Translations under genes and position numbers: made by a program
Notes under the pieces: generated by a model
Told to the model about the DNA's origin: nothing
What the model saw: the letters and a program-made list of their open reading frames with translations, nothing else
Database searches by the model: none
In this document: positions 1-9,561 of the stretch, piece after piece
Layout of the letters: each line of letters opens with the position of its first letter
Position numbering within the stretch: position 1 is the first letter of the stretch
Source of the DNA: Thermodesulfovibrionales bacterium
GTDB lineage: Bacteria; Nitrospirota; Thermodesulfovibrionia; Thermodesulfovibrionales; SM23-35
Direction of reading: 5' to 3'
NCBI GenBank assembly: GCA_963715195.1
Contig: CAVQRT010000026.1
Coordinates: 1-38,882, forward strand
DNA: 38,882 bases

Positions 1-4
1 ATCA

Positions 5-146
5 ATTGAAGAAGTCCGCAAGAGAAGGATTTCGAAAACCTTGAAAATCTTAAAATTGTTTACTACACATAGAAATCTGCAATCTGGGGGGTTTTTGACT
101 TCCGTTAGTCCTTCCAGTAGTCCACAACTCCAGGAATTGTTATAAT
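5..146 (+). repeat. Copy A of dispersed module-boundary repeat (conserved block, 44-nt spacer, GTAGTCCACA motif, extended -10)
   Basis: 5-72 (ATTGAAGAAGTCCGCAAG...TACACATAG) aligns with the reverse complements of 11615-11680 and 22190-22255. AGTAGTCCACA at 116-126 and TGTTATAAT at 138-146 have counterparts in copy C. Confidence 0.85.
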
Positions 147-229
147 AGTGGGCATTTCAAGCGGTAATCATTGAATTGAGCCAATACTTTAACCTTTAAT
201 ATTCTAAGAAGGAGGATAAAATAAAAACC

Positions 230-1266
230 ATGAGAATAAGCAATTTGGGAAGATTCTATGCAGCATCTTAGTCATTGTACTTGTACTTGTACTTATTTGC
301 TTTGGATTTGTTAATACATCATTTGCACAGGACAATACAGAATTGGCAAAGCAGTCCCAGAACCCAGTTGCCAATCTGATAAGCGTGCCTTTTGAAAACT
401 GGCTCTATTACAACGTTGGCCCGGAAAACGAGACAGTATATTCCTTGATGGTAAAACCCGTCTACCCCGTGAGTTTCAAAAATATAAACCTCATTAACAG
501 ATTGATCCTACCGGTCATCTACCTGGAAGGTCAGGATGTTACGGTAGATACCAATGATGTTGGCATTGGGGCTGGCACGCAAACCGTTTCAACCGACGAT
601 GCGTTTGGACTGTCGAATATCCAGTATCAGGCCTTTCTCTCACCTGCGAAAGCAGGCAAGATAATATGGGGCGCGGGAATGGCGATGGAAATTCCCACAC
701 ACACGAAAGAAGCGCTTGGTTCTGATAACTGGTCTGCAGGCCCCGCATTCGTCGCGCTGGCCATGCCTGGGAAATGGGTATTAGGAGGACTTGTACAGCA
801 CTTATGGAACTTTGCCGGTCCCAGTGATGAGCCATCCCTGAGCAAGTCAACATTCCAGTATTTTATTAACTATAACATCACAAACGGGTGGTACCTTACG
901 ACAACGCCTACTATCGCGGCAAACTGGACAGCAAAGAGCAGTAAGGACATATGGACTGTCCCTGTCGGCGGAGGCATAGGCCGTCTCATGAAAGTCGGAA
1001 AGCTCCCCGTTGATTTCAAGTTGCAGGCTTATTACAACATAGAGAAGTCGAACTACGGGCCTGAATGGACCTCGATGTTTGCGTTTAAGTTCCTGTTTCC
1101 AAAATCGGCGCAATTCCAAACACTCTATAATGGGATAAAAATATGTGGATTACAATGTAAAGCAACAAAAAGACATATAGCTGATAGTCAGTTATACATC
1201 ATATCCTCATGCGTATGGCATTTTGCCCTATTACTGTGTTTTCCACAATTTGTAAGTACCTTATAA
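230..1266 (+). CDS. Putative outer-membrane beta-barrel transporter ('neuromedin U'-annotated family); frameshift near the start, true stop probably near 1105
   Basis: AGGAGG upstream of ATG 230. A signal peptide (..VIVLVLVLICFGFVNTSFAQ) joins ELAKQSQNPVANLISVPF after a 1-nt shift near 268. Alternating aromatic strands end FKFLFPK. Confidence 0.7.
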
Positions 1267-1282
1267 ATATTATTTTTCAATC

Positions 1283-1298
1283 TGGCATCATTGTTGCT
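1283..1298 (+). promoter_or_regulatory. sigma54 (-24/-12) promoter for the sulfatase gene
   Basis: TGGCATC-ATTG-TTGCT matches TGGCACG-N4-TTGCW spacing, 70 nt before ATG 1368. Palindrome GGCATTTTGCC near 1217 is a possible enhancer site. Confidence 0.65.
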
Positions 1299-1367
1299 TT
1301 TTCAACAAACATGCAAAAGAAGTCTGAATGAAAATATCAAAAAACCAACCAAAGAAAGGAGGATCAT

Positions 1368-3463
1368 ATGAAAACTGCAGTAAACCTTGTGTTAGTCTTA
1401 ACTCTCGTATTCTGTAGCTGGATCACCAGCCCTGCCTTCGCCGCTGGCGGCGGCGGTGTTGTTACGGCCGATCCAACGAAGCACTTTCACCCCAAGGGGA
1501 AGATGCCATCAAAGTTCACGGTGGAATTACAGAACGGGCTTCGCAAGTCATTGCCGTTTGATGACGAGCGCGATTTTGAAGAGTCAAAGAGAGGCTTTAT
1601 CGCCGCTCCCGAATACATGCAGATCATGGCTGATGCAGGCAACGTTGCATGGGACATGGGCAGCTATGAATGGCTGTTGCAGGGCAAGGATTTCGACAGC
1701 ATCCACCCCTCGCTGCAGCGTCAGGCGATACTGAATATGGGATACGGTCTGTATGAGGTCGTGCCAGACAGAATCTACCAGGTCCGTGGCTACGATTTAG
1801 CGAATATCAGCTTTATCAAGGGCGAAACCGGATGGATTGTGTTCGATCCACTGACTGCCAAGGAAACCGCGAGGGCAGCGCTTGAGTTCATTAACGAGAA
1901 GCTCGGGAAGCGTCCGGTTGTGGCAGTCGTTTATTCGCATTCCCACGCTGATCACTTCGGTGGTGTTCGGGGGGTCGTGGATGAAGCGGATGTGAGAAGC
2001 GGCAAGGTCCCAGTGATCGCTCCTATTGGTTTCATGGATTATGCAGTCTCCGAGAATGTTTACGCCGGTAATGCAATGAGCCGAAGGCTGTTCTACCGGT
2101 ACGGGGTGCTCTTGCGAGAAGCCCCTTCGGCCATGTTGATCAGTCTATCGGGAAGAATACAGCGGCAGGTAATCTTGGTCTCATTCCGCCGACTGTCATT
2201 ATCGAAAAGGATATCGAGGAAATGACCGTCGACGGTGTAAAGATGATCTTCCAGAACACCCCGGGCACTGAGGCGCCTGCCGAGATGAACACCTACTTCC
2301 CGCAGTTCAAGGCCTTCTGGCAGCTCAGAACATTTGCGCAACCATCCACAATATTTACACATTACGTGGGGCCTTGGTTCGTGACCCCCTTAAATGGTAC
2401 AAGGATATTAACAAGGCACTCTACCTTTTCGGGCAGGAGGCAGAGGTGATGTTTGCCTCTCATAGCTGGCCGCGGTGGGGTAATGAGAGGATTCAGGAGA
2501 TCATACGGGCACAACGGGACACCTATGCGAATCTTAACAATGGCGTTTTGCACCTCGCCAACCAGGGGGTAACCATCAACCAGGTTCACAACGTCTATGA
2601 TGTGCCCCTAAGCCTCCAGCAACAATGGGCAGCACGCAGTTACCATGGCTCAGTTGCACACAACAGCCGGGCTGTCATCAACCGGTACCTTGGCTATTGG
2701 GACGCCAACCCCACAACACTGATTCCACTCTCACCGGAGGATTCCGCACCGCTCTATGTCGAAATGATGGGTGGCGCAGAGAAGATCATGAAAAAAGGCA
2801 GGGAACTTTTCGATGAGGGCAAGTACCGCCATGCTCAGGAGATACTGAACAAACTGGTCTATGCTGAACCGAAGAACCAGAAGGCGAAGGACCTATTGGC
2901 GGATGTATTTGAGCAGATTGGTTACCAGCAGGAAAGCCCCAGTGTCCGTAACAGCTTCCTTGCAGGGGCATATGAATTGCGCTCCGGGATACCTACAGGG
3001 GCCTCACCAAAGAGTGGAGGTCCGGATATGATCCGTGCCATGACCACCGAGTTGTGGCTGGACTTCCTTGGCATTCGTCTGGACAGCAAAAAGGCTGAGG
3101 GTAACGAGTTTACGATTAACTTGATCAGCGCCAGACAATGACGAGAAGTTCATCGTGGAGTTAAGCAATGCAACTCTGACCAATATCAAGGGATTCCAGG
3201 CCAAGGATGCTGACCTGACTGTTACTATCAACCGCGCTGATTTGGAGGATACAATGCGTGGGCAGTCTCCTTCGACGAGCAGATTGCCTCCGGGAAGGCA
3301 AAGCTCGTAGGCAACCGTGAGCCATACAAACAGCTGAAGGAATTGCTTAGTGCACTTCGACCTCGGATTCGAGATCATGCCGGGTACCGCACCGGACACA
3401 CCAGGCAAAACTGACATGGAAGTGTTCGAGCAAGAACCGCCGGCTCGGAGCGATGGAGGTTAA
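1368..3463 (+). CDS. Secreted alkyl/aryl-sulfatase (SdsA1/BDS1/YjcS type: MBL fold, dimerisation and SCP2-like domains), split by several frameshifts
   Basis: Signal peptide; YSHSHADHFGG MBL motif; TPGTEAPAEMN, FASHSWPRWG, YLGYWDANP in successive ORF fragments; ends FEIMPGT...SDGG* at 3463. Confidence 0.88.
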
Positions 3464-3545
3464 TGTGCAATGTATGTAACCTCTTGAATTTTAGATAATC
3501 AAGTGGTAGGACTGTTGCAGATTTCATAACAACTATCTGCTTTCA

Positions 3546-3576
3546 AAGGGCGAGTTCAATTCTCGCCCTTCTTTTA
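3546..3576 (+). terminator. Rho-independent terminator
   Basis: AAGGGCGAG/CTCGCCCTT stem followed by CTTTTA. Confidence 0.75.
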
Positions 3577-3779
3577 TGCCTATTACAATCAGAATTCCTC
3601 ACTTCTCATTCGAGATCAGAAGTGTTTCTTTGTACCCATATAGAGGGCACCTGTCAAGAGGTAAAACGATCCTATACCAAGAAAGCTTTTCTTGTTTCAT
3701 AGCTTAAAGTTATCATTGTCCATTACCATTGCCGTTTTTTCTTTACTATAGTGCGTCAGTCTTCACTGCGCCACGCACC

Positions 3780-4035
3780 CATCAGGATTAAGGTTGTACC
3801 CTAAGACTATACTGCAAGGCAAACCCTTTCCGCTTCAATGCGGACCAGAAAACCTTCGGTTCCGGATCGGGTCCATTTGTTATATATCAGATCGCGTGGT
3901 TATAAGCCAACCCACCACTGGCTCCCGACGCGGACAGTAAAGACACTGATAACTTTTATGTTACTGGCGGGGACGGTTTGCCACTCAGGTGCTTGGTTTT
4001 TCCCAACAAGTACACAGGTTCACCGTTCCCGCCAG
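3780..4035 (-). ncRNA. Candidate bridge/seek RNA of the IS110 element
   Basis: Stem 3964-3977/4022-4035 and stem-loop domain 3885-3951. 3794-3801 is identical to the element end 3630-3637. IS1111-type elements are known to encode guide RNA downstream of the transposase. RNA boundaries are approximate. Confidence 0.65.
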
Positions 4036-4039
4036 ATCT

Positions 4040-5059
4040 TTATGCAAAGGCTTTTTCCGGCATGAATACCACTCCATCCTTCATGATGTAATACGCAGCT
4101 CTGGCCAGCTTGTGAGCAAGTGCGTTATGTGCTATTGGAGCATTCGTTTTCTGCAGTTTGCGCTGGTAATATGTTCGGGATTCAGCATCGAACAGTCGTG
4201 CATGATCAGAGGCCTCTGAGAATGCCCATGCCAGATATTTGTTGCCGTTTTTCCTGTTGCCCGCGCCCTTCTTCTTGTCATTACTAAACCGTCCGCTGGG
4301 AACCTTCCTGCAATATGAGACATAGTTACCGACTTTCTGGAATCGATCAATCGAGCCGGTCTCCAATTGAATCGTGAATGCAAGTATCTTCCCAACTCCC
4401 GGAATACTCAAGAGACGGTCATAGGGATTGCTTAACTGTATTCTTCCACCAATGGTTGCCTCTATAGTTTTGATCTGCCTGGTCATAAAGTCTATGGCCT
4501 CCTTGCTCACTTTTCCAGCCAGTGCAAGATCCTCATTGCCCTGAAAGAGAGGCATTACTCTGTCCGTCGTTAGAATCTTTACATCGTTTGACTTAAGCCT
4601 GCTGCCCAGATTCCGCGCGATAATGTTTTGAAGACTGACGATAAGCGATGTCCGCAATCTTACTAAATGTCCTCTCTTCCGCAACAGGTCTCGTATTGGT
4701 CGCTCTTCCTTAGGATAAATGTAACCCTCTGGCAGTATGTTGAGCCGTAACATCTCAGTAAGCCAAAATGCATCATGTTTGTCATCGGAGTATTTCAGTC
4801 CAGCATATTGCTGGGTCTTCATCACATTGGCCAGATGTACCCGGTATCCCTCTTCCTTTAGCAGATCAACCAAAAAGTACCAGTTGTACGTTGACTCTAC
4901 AACAATCCCTTCAATATCAGCTTTGAATGGTTTGAGTGCTTCTTTGATCCTGGCTGGATCATTGGGAAGTTTCTTCTTGAATACTCGCTTGCCTTTCTCA
5001 TCGCTGATACCCAAGTACGAGTTACTTGAATGCAAATCAAAAGCTGCATATAATCTCAT
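4040..5059 (-). CDS. IS110-family DEDD recombinase/transposase
   Basis: MRLYAAFDLHS, VVEST, KYSDDKHDA (DEDD); LSIPGVG; PSGRFSND with candidate catalytic Ser; GNKYLAWAF. GGAGG RBS supports ATG 5059 rather than 5134. Confidence 0.95.
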   Translation of the reverse strand: MRLYAAFDLHSSNSYLGISDEKGKRVFKKKLPNDPARIKEALKPFKADIEGIVVESTYNWYFLVDLLKEEGYRVHLANVMKTQQYAGLKYSDDKHDAFWLTEMLRLNILPEGYIYPKEERPIRDLLRKRGHLVRLRTSLIVSLQNIIARNLGSRLKSNDVKILTTDRVMPLFQGNEDLALAGKVSKEAIDFMTRQIKTIEATIGGRIQLSNPYDRLLSIPGVGKILAFTIQLETGSIDRFQKVGNYVSYCRKVPSGRFSNDKKKGAGNRKNGNKYLAWAFSEASDHARLFDAESRTYYQRKLQKTNAPIAHNALAHKLARAAYYIMKDGVVFMPEKAFA

Positions 5060-5355
5060 ACGGCACCTCCTAAAGGTTAAGATTGGTTTCATTCCTTGAG
5101 CATACCGCAACTCGATATGCTCAGGAGGTGCCATCTATATGATTATCGGCTGTAGTTCGCAAGGCATGAGAACGCTCTGAAGTGCGGACTTATTGAAGTA
5201 GCAAACGCTAATTATCTCTTCGTAATTGTTATAAACCGGGACGGAGAGAGCCCCCTCTCTCTCGCAGGACCGGCCCCTCGGTTGTCCTTCCTGATAACTT
5301 GATATATATATAGTCATAACTGCAACAGAATTATAGTCGAGGTATAAAATAATGC

Positions 5356-5388
5356 TTGACAATGTCAATAATTATTGAATGGTAAATT
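5356..5388 (+). promoter_or_regulatory. Promoter/operator of the RHH-xis-int unit
   Basis: Perfect palindrome TTGACA-A-TGTCAA (5356-5368), TGGTAAATT extended -10-like (5380-5388), RBS AAGGAGG at 5401. Confidence 0.5.
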
Positions 5389-5414
5389 CTAAGAATTTAT
5401 AAGGAGGGGTTGAG

Positions 5415-5748
5415 ATGGGATTAAAGACATACGCATTAAGGCTGGATGAGGAGGTTTATGAGGGTTTGAAGAAGGAGTTGGCAAGCCTATGGTGACCCTG
5501 ACTTAAACCTTAGTTTTATCATCAGGCGGTATCTCAGGGATTTGTACGAGGCCATGCCAAATCTTAAGAAGTCTGACATTACGATAATGAATAATCTCAC
5601 CTTCTGGGGAACGATGCTCAAAAATATAAGGGGTATCTCTCAGTTTGAGAATCTTCTTAAGGGCGCGCCAATTGTTGAGAGGGCACAGGCAGAGGTGGAT
5701 GATAAAAAAGAATACAAGAAAACGAGGAAGAAGAGGAAGAAGGGATGA
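5415..5748 (+). CDS. Putative ribbon-helix-helix DNA-binding protein (frameshift near 5485)
   Basis: MGLKTYALRLDEEVYEGLKKEL is an RHH-like strand-helix start. It continues in another frame as YGDPDLNLSFIIRRYLRDLYEAMP into ORF 5542-5748. Confidence 0.55.
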
Positions 5749-5921
5749 GTGAAACTTATTACACATATGAAGACCTTGCTAAGAGGTGGCAAGTGGCAGT
5801 CAATACCTTACGTCAGTGGGTTATGGCAGGGATTCTGGTTCCTTCAATGCGTCTGGGGCGTCTTGTGAGGTTCTCAGAGTCCTACATTCAAGAGATTGAG
5901 TCTAAGGGTGGCGTTAGATAA
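5745..5921 (+). CDS. Excisionase-like winged-HTH protein, 58 aa (not in ORF track)
   Basis: MSETYYTYEDLAKRWQVAVNTLRQWVMAGILVPSMRLGRLVRFSESYIQEIESKGGVR*. ATGA overlap upstream; abuts the integrase start. Confidence 0.85.
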   Translation: MSETYYTYEDLAKRWQVAVNTLRQWVMAGILVPSMRLGRLVRFSESYIQEIESKGGVR

Positions 5922-7038
5922 ATGATAGTAAAGAGGTGGTGCGACACTAAAAAGCGTTTTCTCTATTCTGTACGTCTGAGGGATGCAGATGGTAAAAGAC
6001 GTATGTTTGGTTCTGCACACACTTCCATTAAGTTGGTTAGGGAATTTGAGGAGAAGAAAAAGCGAGAGATAGCTGAAAAGAAGATGTTTCCAGAGAGGTT
6101 TGTTCAACGGATTCAATTGAAGGACTTTATTCCTGAGTATCTAGAAAAGCACGCTTCAAGAAAAAGGTCATACCGTGATTATCTCAGTATCTGCAAGAAG
6201 CTCTCAGCGTTCTTTGGTGAGTACTATCTCGATCAGATTACTAAATATCATGTGGAGACATATCAGAGTATGCGTTTTGAAAAGGTCGGGGTGTATATGC
6301 TGAATCGTGAGATAACAATTCTGAAGGGGATATTCACTAAGGCTATTGATTGGGGTTTTGTGTTCAAGAATCCTGTGAAGGGGGTAAAACTGGAGAAGGA
6401 AAAACCTCGTTTCAGGTTTTTGAATGAACAGGAGAGAAATAAGCTCGTGGATGCCTGTAATAAGGGTTCCCAAGGCTCGCTATTTGGTTTCAATGGTCAG
6501 GGTTGACCTGCTTACTGGTCTTAGGAAAGAGGAGTTATTAAGCCTCAAATGGAGGGCTGTAGACTTGGATAAGGATGTTATCTGGGTAGAAGATGGGAAG
6601 GGAGGTGATCAGAGAAGAATCCCAATAAATGAGACTGCAAAGGGTGAGTTGTGCAGGCTTCGGGAGAAGAAAAGGGGAGAGTTTGTATTTCATGACAGGT
6701 ATGGGAGGCAGTATAAGGACATCAAGAAGTCATTTCATTCTGCTGTGAAAGATGCAGGGTTAATGGATGTCAGATTTCATGACCTGAGGCGTACATTTGC
6801 TACCATGTGCGTGTTTAATAATATCTCTCCTAAGACTCTCATGAAGTGGATGGGTCATAAGTCCATTGAGACAACTATGAGGTACTATGTGGTGTCTCCT
6901 GAGGACTATGAAGTAGAGGCAATCAAGAGGTTAGATGGTAACCATAAACCAACTGACGATATTGAAGAAAAGGGAAAAGCTCGCAAGTTACTGAAAAATA
7001 TGGTGAGCCGTGTAGGATTCGAACCTACGACCCGCTGA
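5922..7038 (+). CDS. Phage-type tyrosine integrase (frameshift near 6465)
   Basis: NPVKGVK, LLTGLRKEEL (R), GKGG (K), FHDLRRTFAT (HxxR), MGHKSIETTMRY (H, Y). Confidence 0.93.
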
Positions 7039-7046
7039 TTAAGAGT
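7001..7046 (-). other. att core: 3' half of tRNA-Lys(CTT), overlapping the integrase C-terminus
   Basis: Reverse complement ACTCTTAATCAGCGGGTCGTAGGTTCGAATCCTACACGGCTCACCA gives anticodon loop CTT, T arm, acceptor 3' strand and CCA. No 5' half is present. Confidence 0.9.
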
Positions 7047-7165
7047 TATTTCATTAAGGGTCTAACAAGTGCTTGGAAATACTACTTAAAGCCTTACCAG
7101 TCAACGATTTAAGCCTTATTTACATTTCTATATAATTCGCTATATTTATACCGTTTTTGATATGT

Positions 7166-7186
7166 TTTTATCACGATTTTATCACG
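7166..7186 (+). repeat. Tandem arm-type-like site pair TTTTATCACG x2
   Basis: 11-bp period, about 120 nt from the tRNA-Lys att core. Confidence 0.6.
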
Positions 7187-7218
7187 TTTAAGTTTATCCA
7201 CTTAATCCCTTAGCTTCC

Positions 7219-7290
7219 GTGAGATTCGAACTCACTCTGACCCTTGATAATAAAGGCTCCCGACTGTCCATTGAACGAGCATTGAACGAG
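7219..7290. other. Second att-like scar: tRNA T-arm fragment plus tandem CATTGAACGAG x2
   Basis: 7219-7235 reverse complement is GTGAG-TTCGAAT-CTCAC. Perfect 11-bp tandem at 7269-7290. Confidence 0.55.
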
Positions 7291-7297
7291 ATTATAG

Positions 7298-8235
7298 CTA
7301 AGGGCTACATCTAAGCACTATTGAACAAACAGGACAGTGAACTTTAATTCTTTTGCCAAAAGCGGGGACTTTAAGTTTTTGTCCACAAATGGGACATTTG
7401 AAAATTACCGATAAGGTATCTGAAAGAGCAAATTCATATCCAAGTGTTTTGCCCCTGAGTTTTTTTGAAGAATCAGAGGATATCATGAAATTTCTTGCTC
7501 GTCTTTTTGCTAAAAAATACATTATTTTTTTAACATTATAAAAAGAAAATATAAATTCATCTATCGGAGGTTTACTAAATTCACTCTCAAAATATTTCCA
7601 CCCAGTGTGTAATGCAGAGTAAGAAAAATTACTACTTATTTTGCTTCTTTGGTCATCTCCAAAAACTTTTTTTCGTAATGCAAGAATATAGCTAACCTCA
7701 TCAGGAGTAAGATAACCGAAATATATGGTTCTTACAATATTTGCTTCCATATTGAAGCCTTCTAAGAGATAAAAACCTAAACCTAAAAATGAAGCTGCAG
7801 TATCGGTCAGGATTTCATTATCTTTTTTTTCAGGGAAGCTAATTTTATATTTATGTAGAAAGATGTGAGTTACTTCGTGGGCTAAAATTGAGGCAATAGA
7901 GTTGGGATAATCTTTATGTTGGCTATGAAGTTCAATGAAGAAGTCATTCGAAGAAGATAGTTCAACTACACCCGGAGATTTTAAATTTGACTTAAAAGAA
8001 ACATTGATTGTCCCGATAGGCAGATGATAATAATTTGCAAAATTTCGAGCAATGCCCTGTACTTCAATAATCGGGTCCTCCATTTAACAGGAAGTGGTAA
8101 GTGTTTTGGTCCCTGTTGGAATTGTTTTAAATAATCAGAGCCAAAATGCTTATATAGTTTACGTAACGCTCTGTGAATTTCATGAATATGGGGAAATCCT
8201 CTTTGCAGTTGCACTGACATATAGCTTATTCTCAA
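7298..8235 (-). CDS. HEXXH metallopeptidase-like protein with C-terminal Zn ribbon; N-terminus probably extends to 8235 via a frameshift
   Basis: SILAHEVTHIFL...NEILTD; C-terminal CPICG...CPVC. ORF 7981-8235 overlaps just upstream of the 8083 start. Confidence 0.65.
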
Positions 8236-8368
8236 TTATATATAAAACATTCGAAATATTTTCGTAAACTTATTCACTAAAAAATACCATTTTATGCTTG
8301 TGCAAGCTTTCTTATTAGGGAGACAATTGGAAATGAGAGTTCTCGGCATTTAACTCCTTGTAGTTTGT

Positions 8369-8466
8369 CGGGTTCGAGTCGCGTCCCACCCCGTCATAAC
8401 TTCTTCTTGTAAATCAATAAGTTAACCTTTCCAATACCCCTGAAAACTAGGGCTCAACTAGGGCAC
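8369..8466 (+). other. Third att-like scar: degenerate tRNA 3' fragment, IHF site, tandem arm-like sites
   Basis: CGGGTTCGAGTC...CCACCCCGTCA; AATCAATAAGTTA (8412-8424) matches WATCAAN4TTR; AACTAGGGCTC/AACTAGGGCAC at 8445-8466. Confidence 0.6.
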
Positions 8467-8661
8467 AAAATTAATCATTAGGGACTTGTTGTGTGACATG
8501 CAATCAGGATGAGGGGGGGCATATCAAATCTTCACAGCTTTCACTCTAACAACGCAGGCCGAGTACTATCGATTTATGCGCAGATATTTTTTCTGTACGG
8601 GGAGCAACAATTATCTATTAACCATTTCGAATGAAAACTTTTACTAAAGATCGCTAAGTAT

Positions 8662-8767
8662 TTTTGCGAACTACTTCAATAAATACGCACCACGGAATAT
8701 TTTCGTGACATGCACGTTATTTCATCAACTACGCACCGTGCGCAACACTGGATAACTGCGGAGTACA
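8662..8767 (-). repeat. Partial copy D of the module-boundary repeat
   Basis: 8662-8689 matches 11662-11689 at 27/28. AACTGCGGAGTACA at 8754-8767 is identical to 11708-11721. Confidence 0.8.
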
Positions 8768-8856
8768 CCACAAGTCCTCAGCGCAAGGTATTAATAAATA
8801 TTGATGATTATTGGTTATAACATGCAGTGACACCACTCGAGAGGAAGATAAGCAAG

Positions 8857-9459
8857 CTATGTTGTACGTAGGTTGAACAGCTCGTTGATGTAATCAGGAG
8901 GTTCTCTTTGAAAGCGCCAAGGCCACAATCTCGATATTTCTCAACCATCATGATACGATAGGAAATCCGCATTCATTGAGGACCTTGGTTAAGGATTTCT
9001 GTGAAAATCCAGTCTTGTGTGCGAAGAAATCGTTCCCGCTTCGTTCTATTTCAACCCCGTATCCATAAATCACATCTCGCACGGTTATGGGCACGGCCGG
9101 GGACTGATACAAAAAATCATCGATATCCATCCCCTTATCCACCGCAATTCCGATCAACGCCTCTAAATCGGGAACGTTTATGTGTGAAACCCGTCCTCGT
9201 TTTAGTACGTGAGCAAAACCCAGGACGACTTTGCGGACATCGTGCCGGTAATAATGCTCGAGATTGTGTGAACAATAAATTGCATCATATTCATTTCCAT
9301 CCATGCTCAATAGATCTCGTGCATCGCAAACAATATCTGGGGCCCCCTTGGATCAATGTCTAGGAGAATGTGTTGCCAACCGCTGTAATGACCTGGGAGC
9401 GGAATATTTTTGCTGGTCCCGCCTACATTCAACATCTTTCTTGTACGTTGTTCTGTCAT
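8857..9459 (-). CDS. Class I SAM-dependent methyltransferase (frameshifted)
   Basis: MLNVGG..LLDIDP, then DAIYCSHNLEH..HVLK..INVPDL..FAHKTGF across ORFs 9307-9507 and 8948-9310. The C-terminus continues in another frame to TAG at 8857. Confidence 0.8.
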
Positions 9460-9561
9460 ATCGCGGATCCCAATAAATCGGAACGAACTACCGTACCCTA
9501 CGAGCAAACTTTAATCTGAAGCCATAAAATTTACAGATCATGCGAGTACTAATAGAAATAT

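Larger units (their letters stand above)
3630..5144 (-). mobile_element. IS110-family insertion sequence, IS1111 type (subterminal IRs, long 3' non-coding end)
   Basis: IR CATATAGAGGGCACCT (3637-3652) matches the reverse complement of 5126-5141 at 15/16. Candidate 2-nt core TT at 3630-3631 and 5143-5144. About 390 nt non-coding downstream of the transposase. Confidence 0.88.

Noticed and set aside
277..293. GTACTT tandem as a contingency locus
   Set aside because: About three units encoding VLVLVL in a signal peptide; too short to support.
1105..1266. C-terminal extension of the barrel ORF
   Set aside because: It runs through the sulfatase regulatory region after the typical FLFPK ending; probably a lost stop codon.
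7001..7046. Intact tRNA-Lys gene
   Set aside because: Only the anticodon loop to CCA is present; no D arm or 5' acceptor strand.
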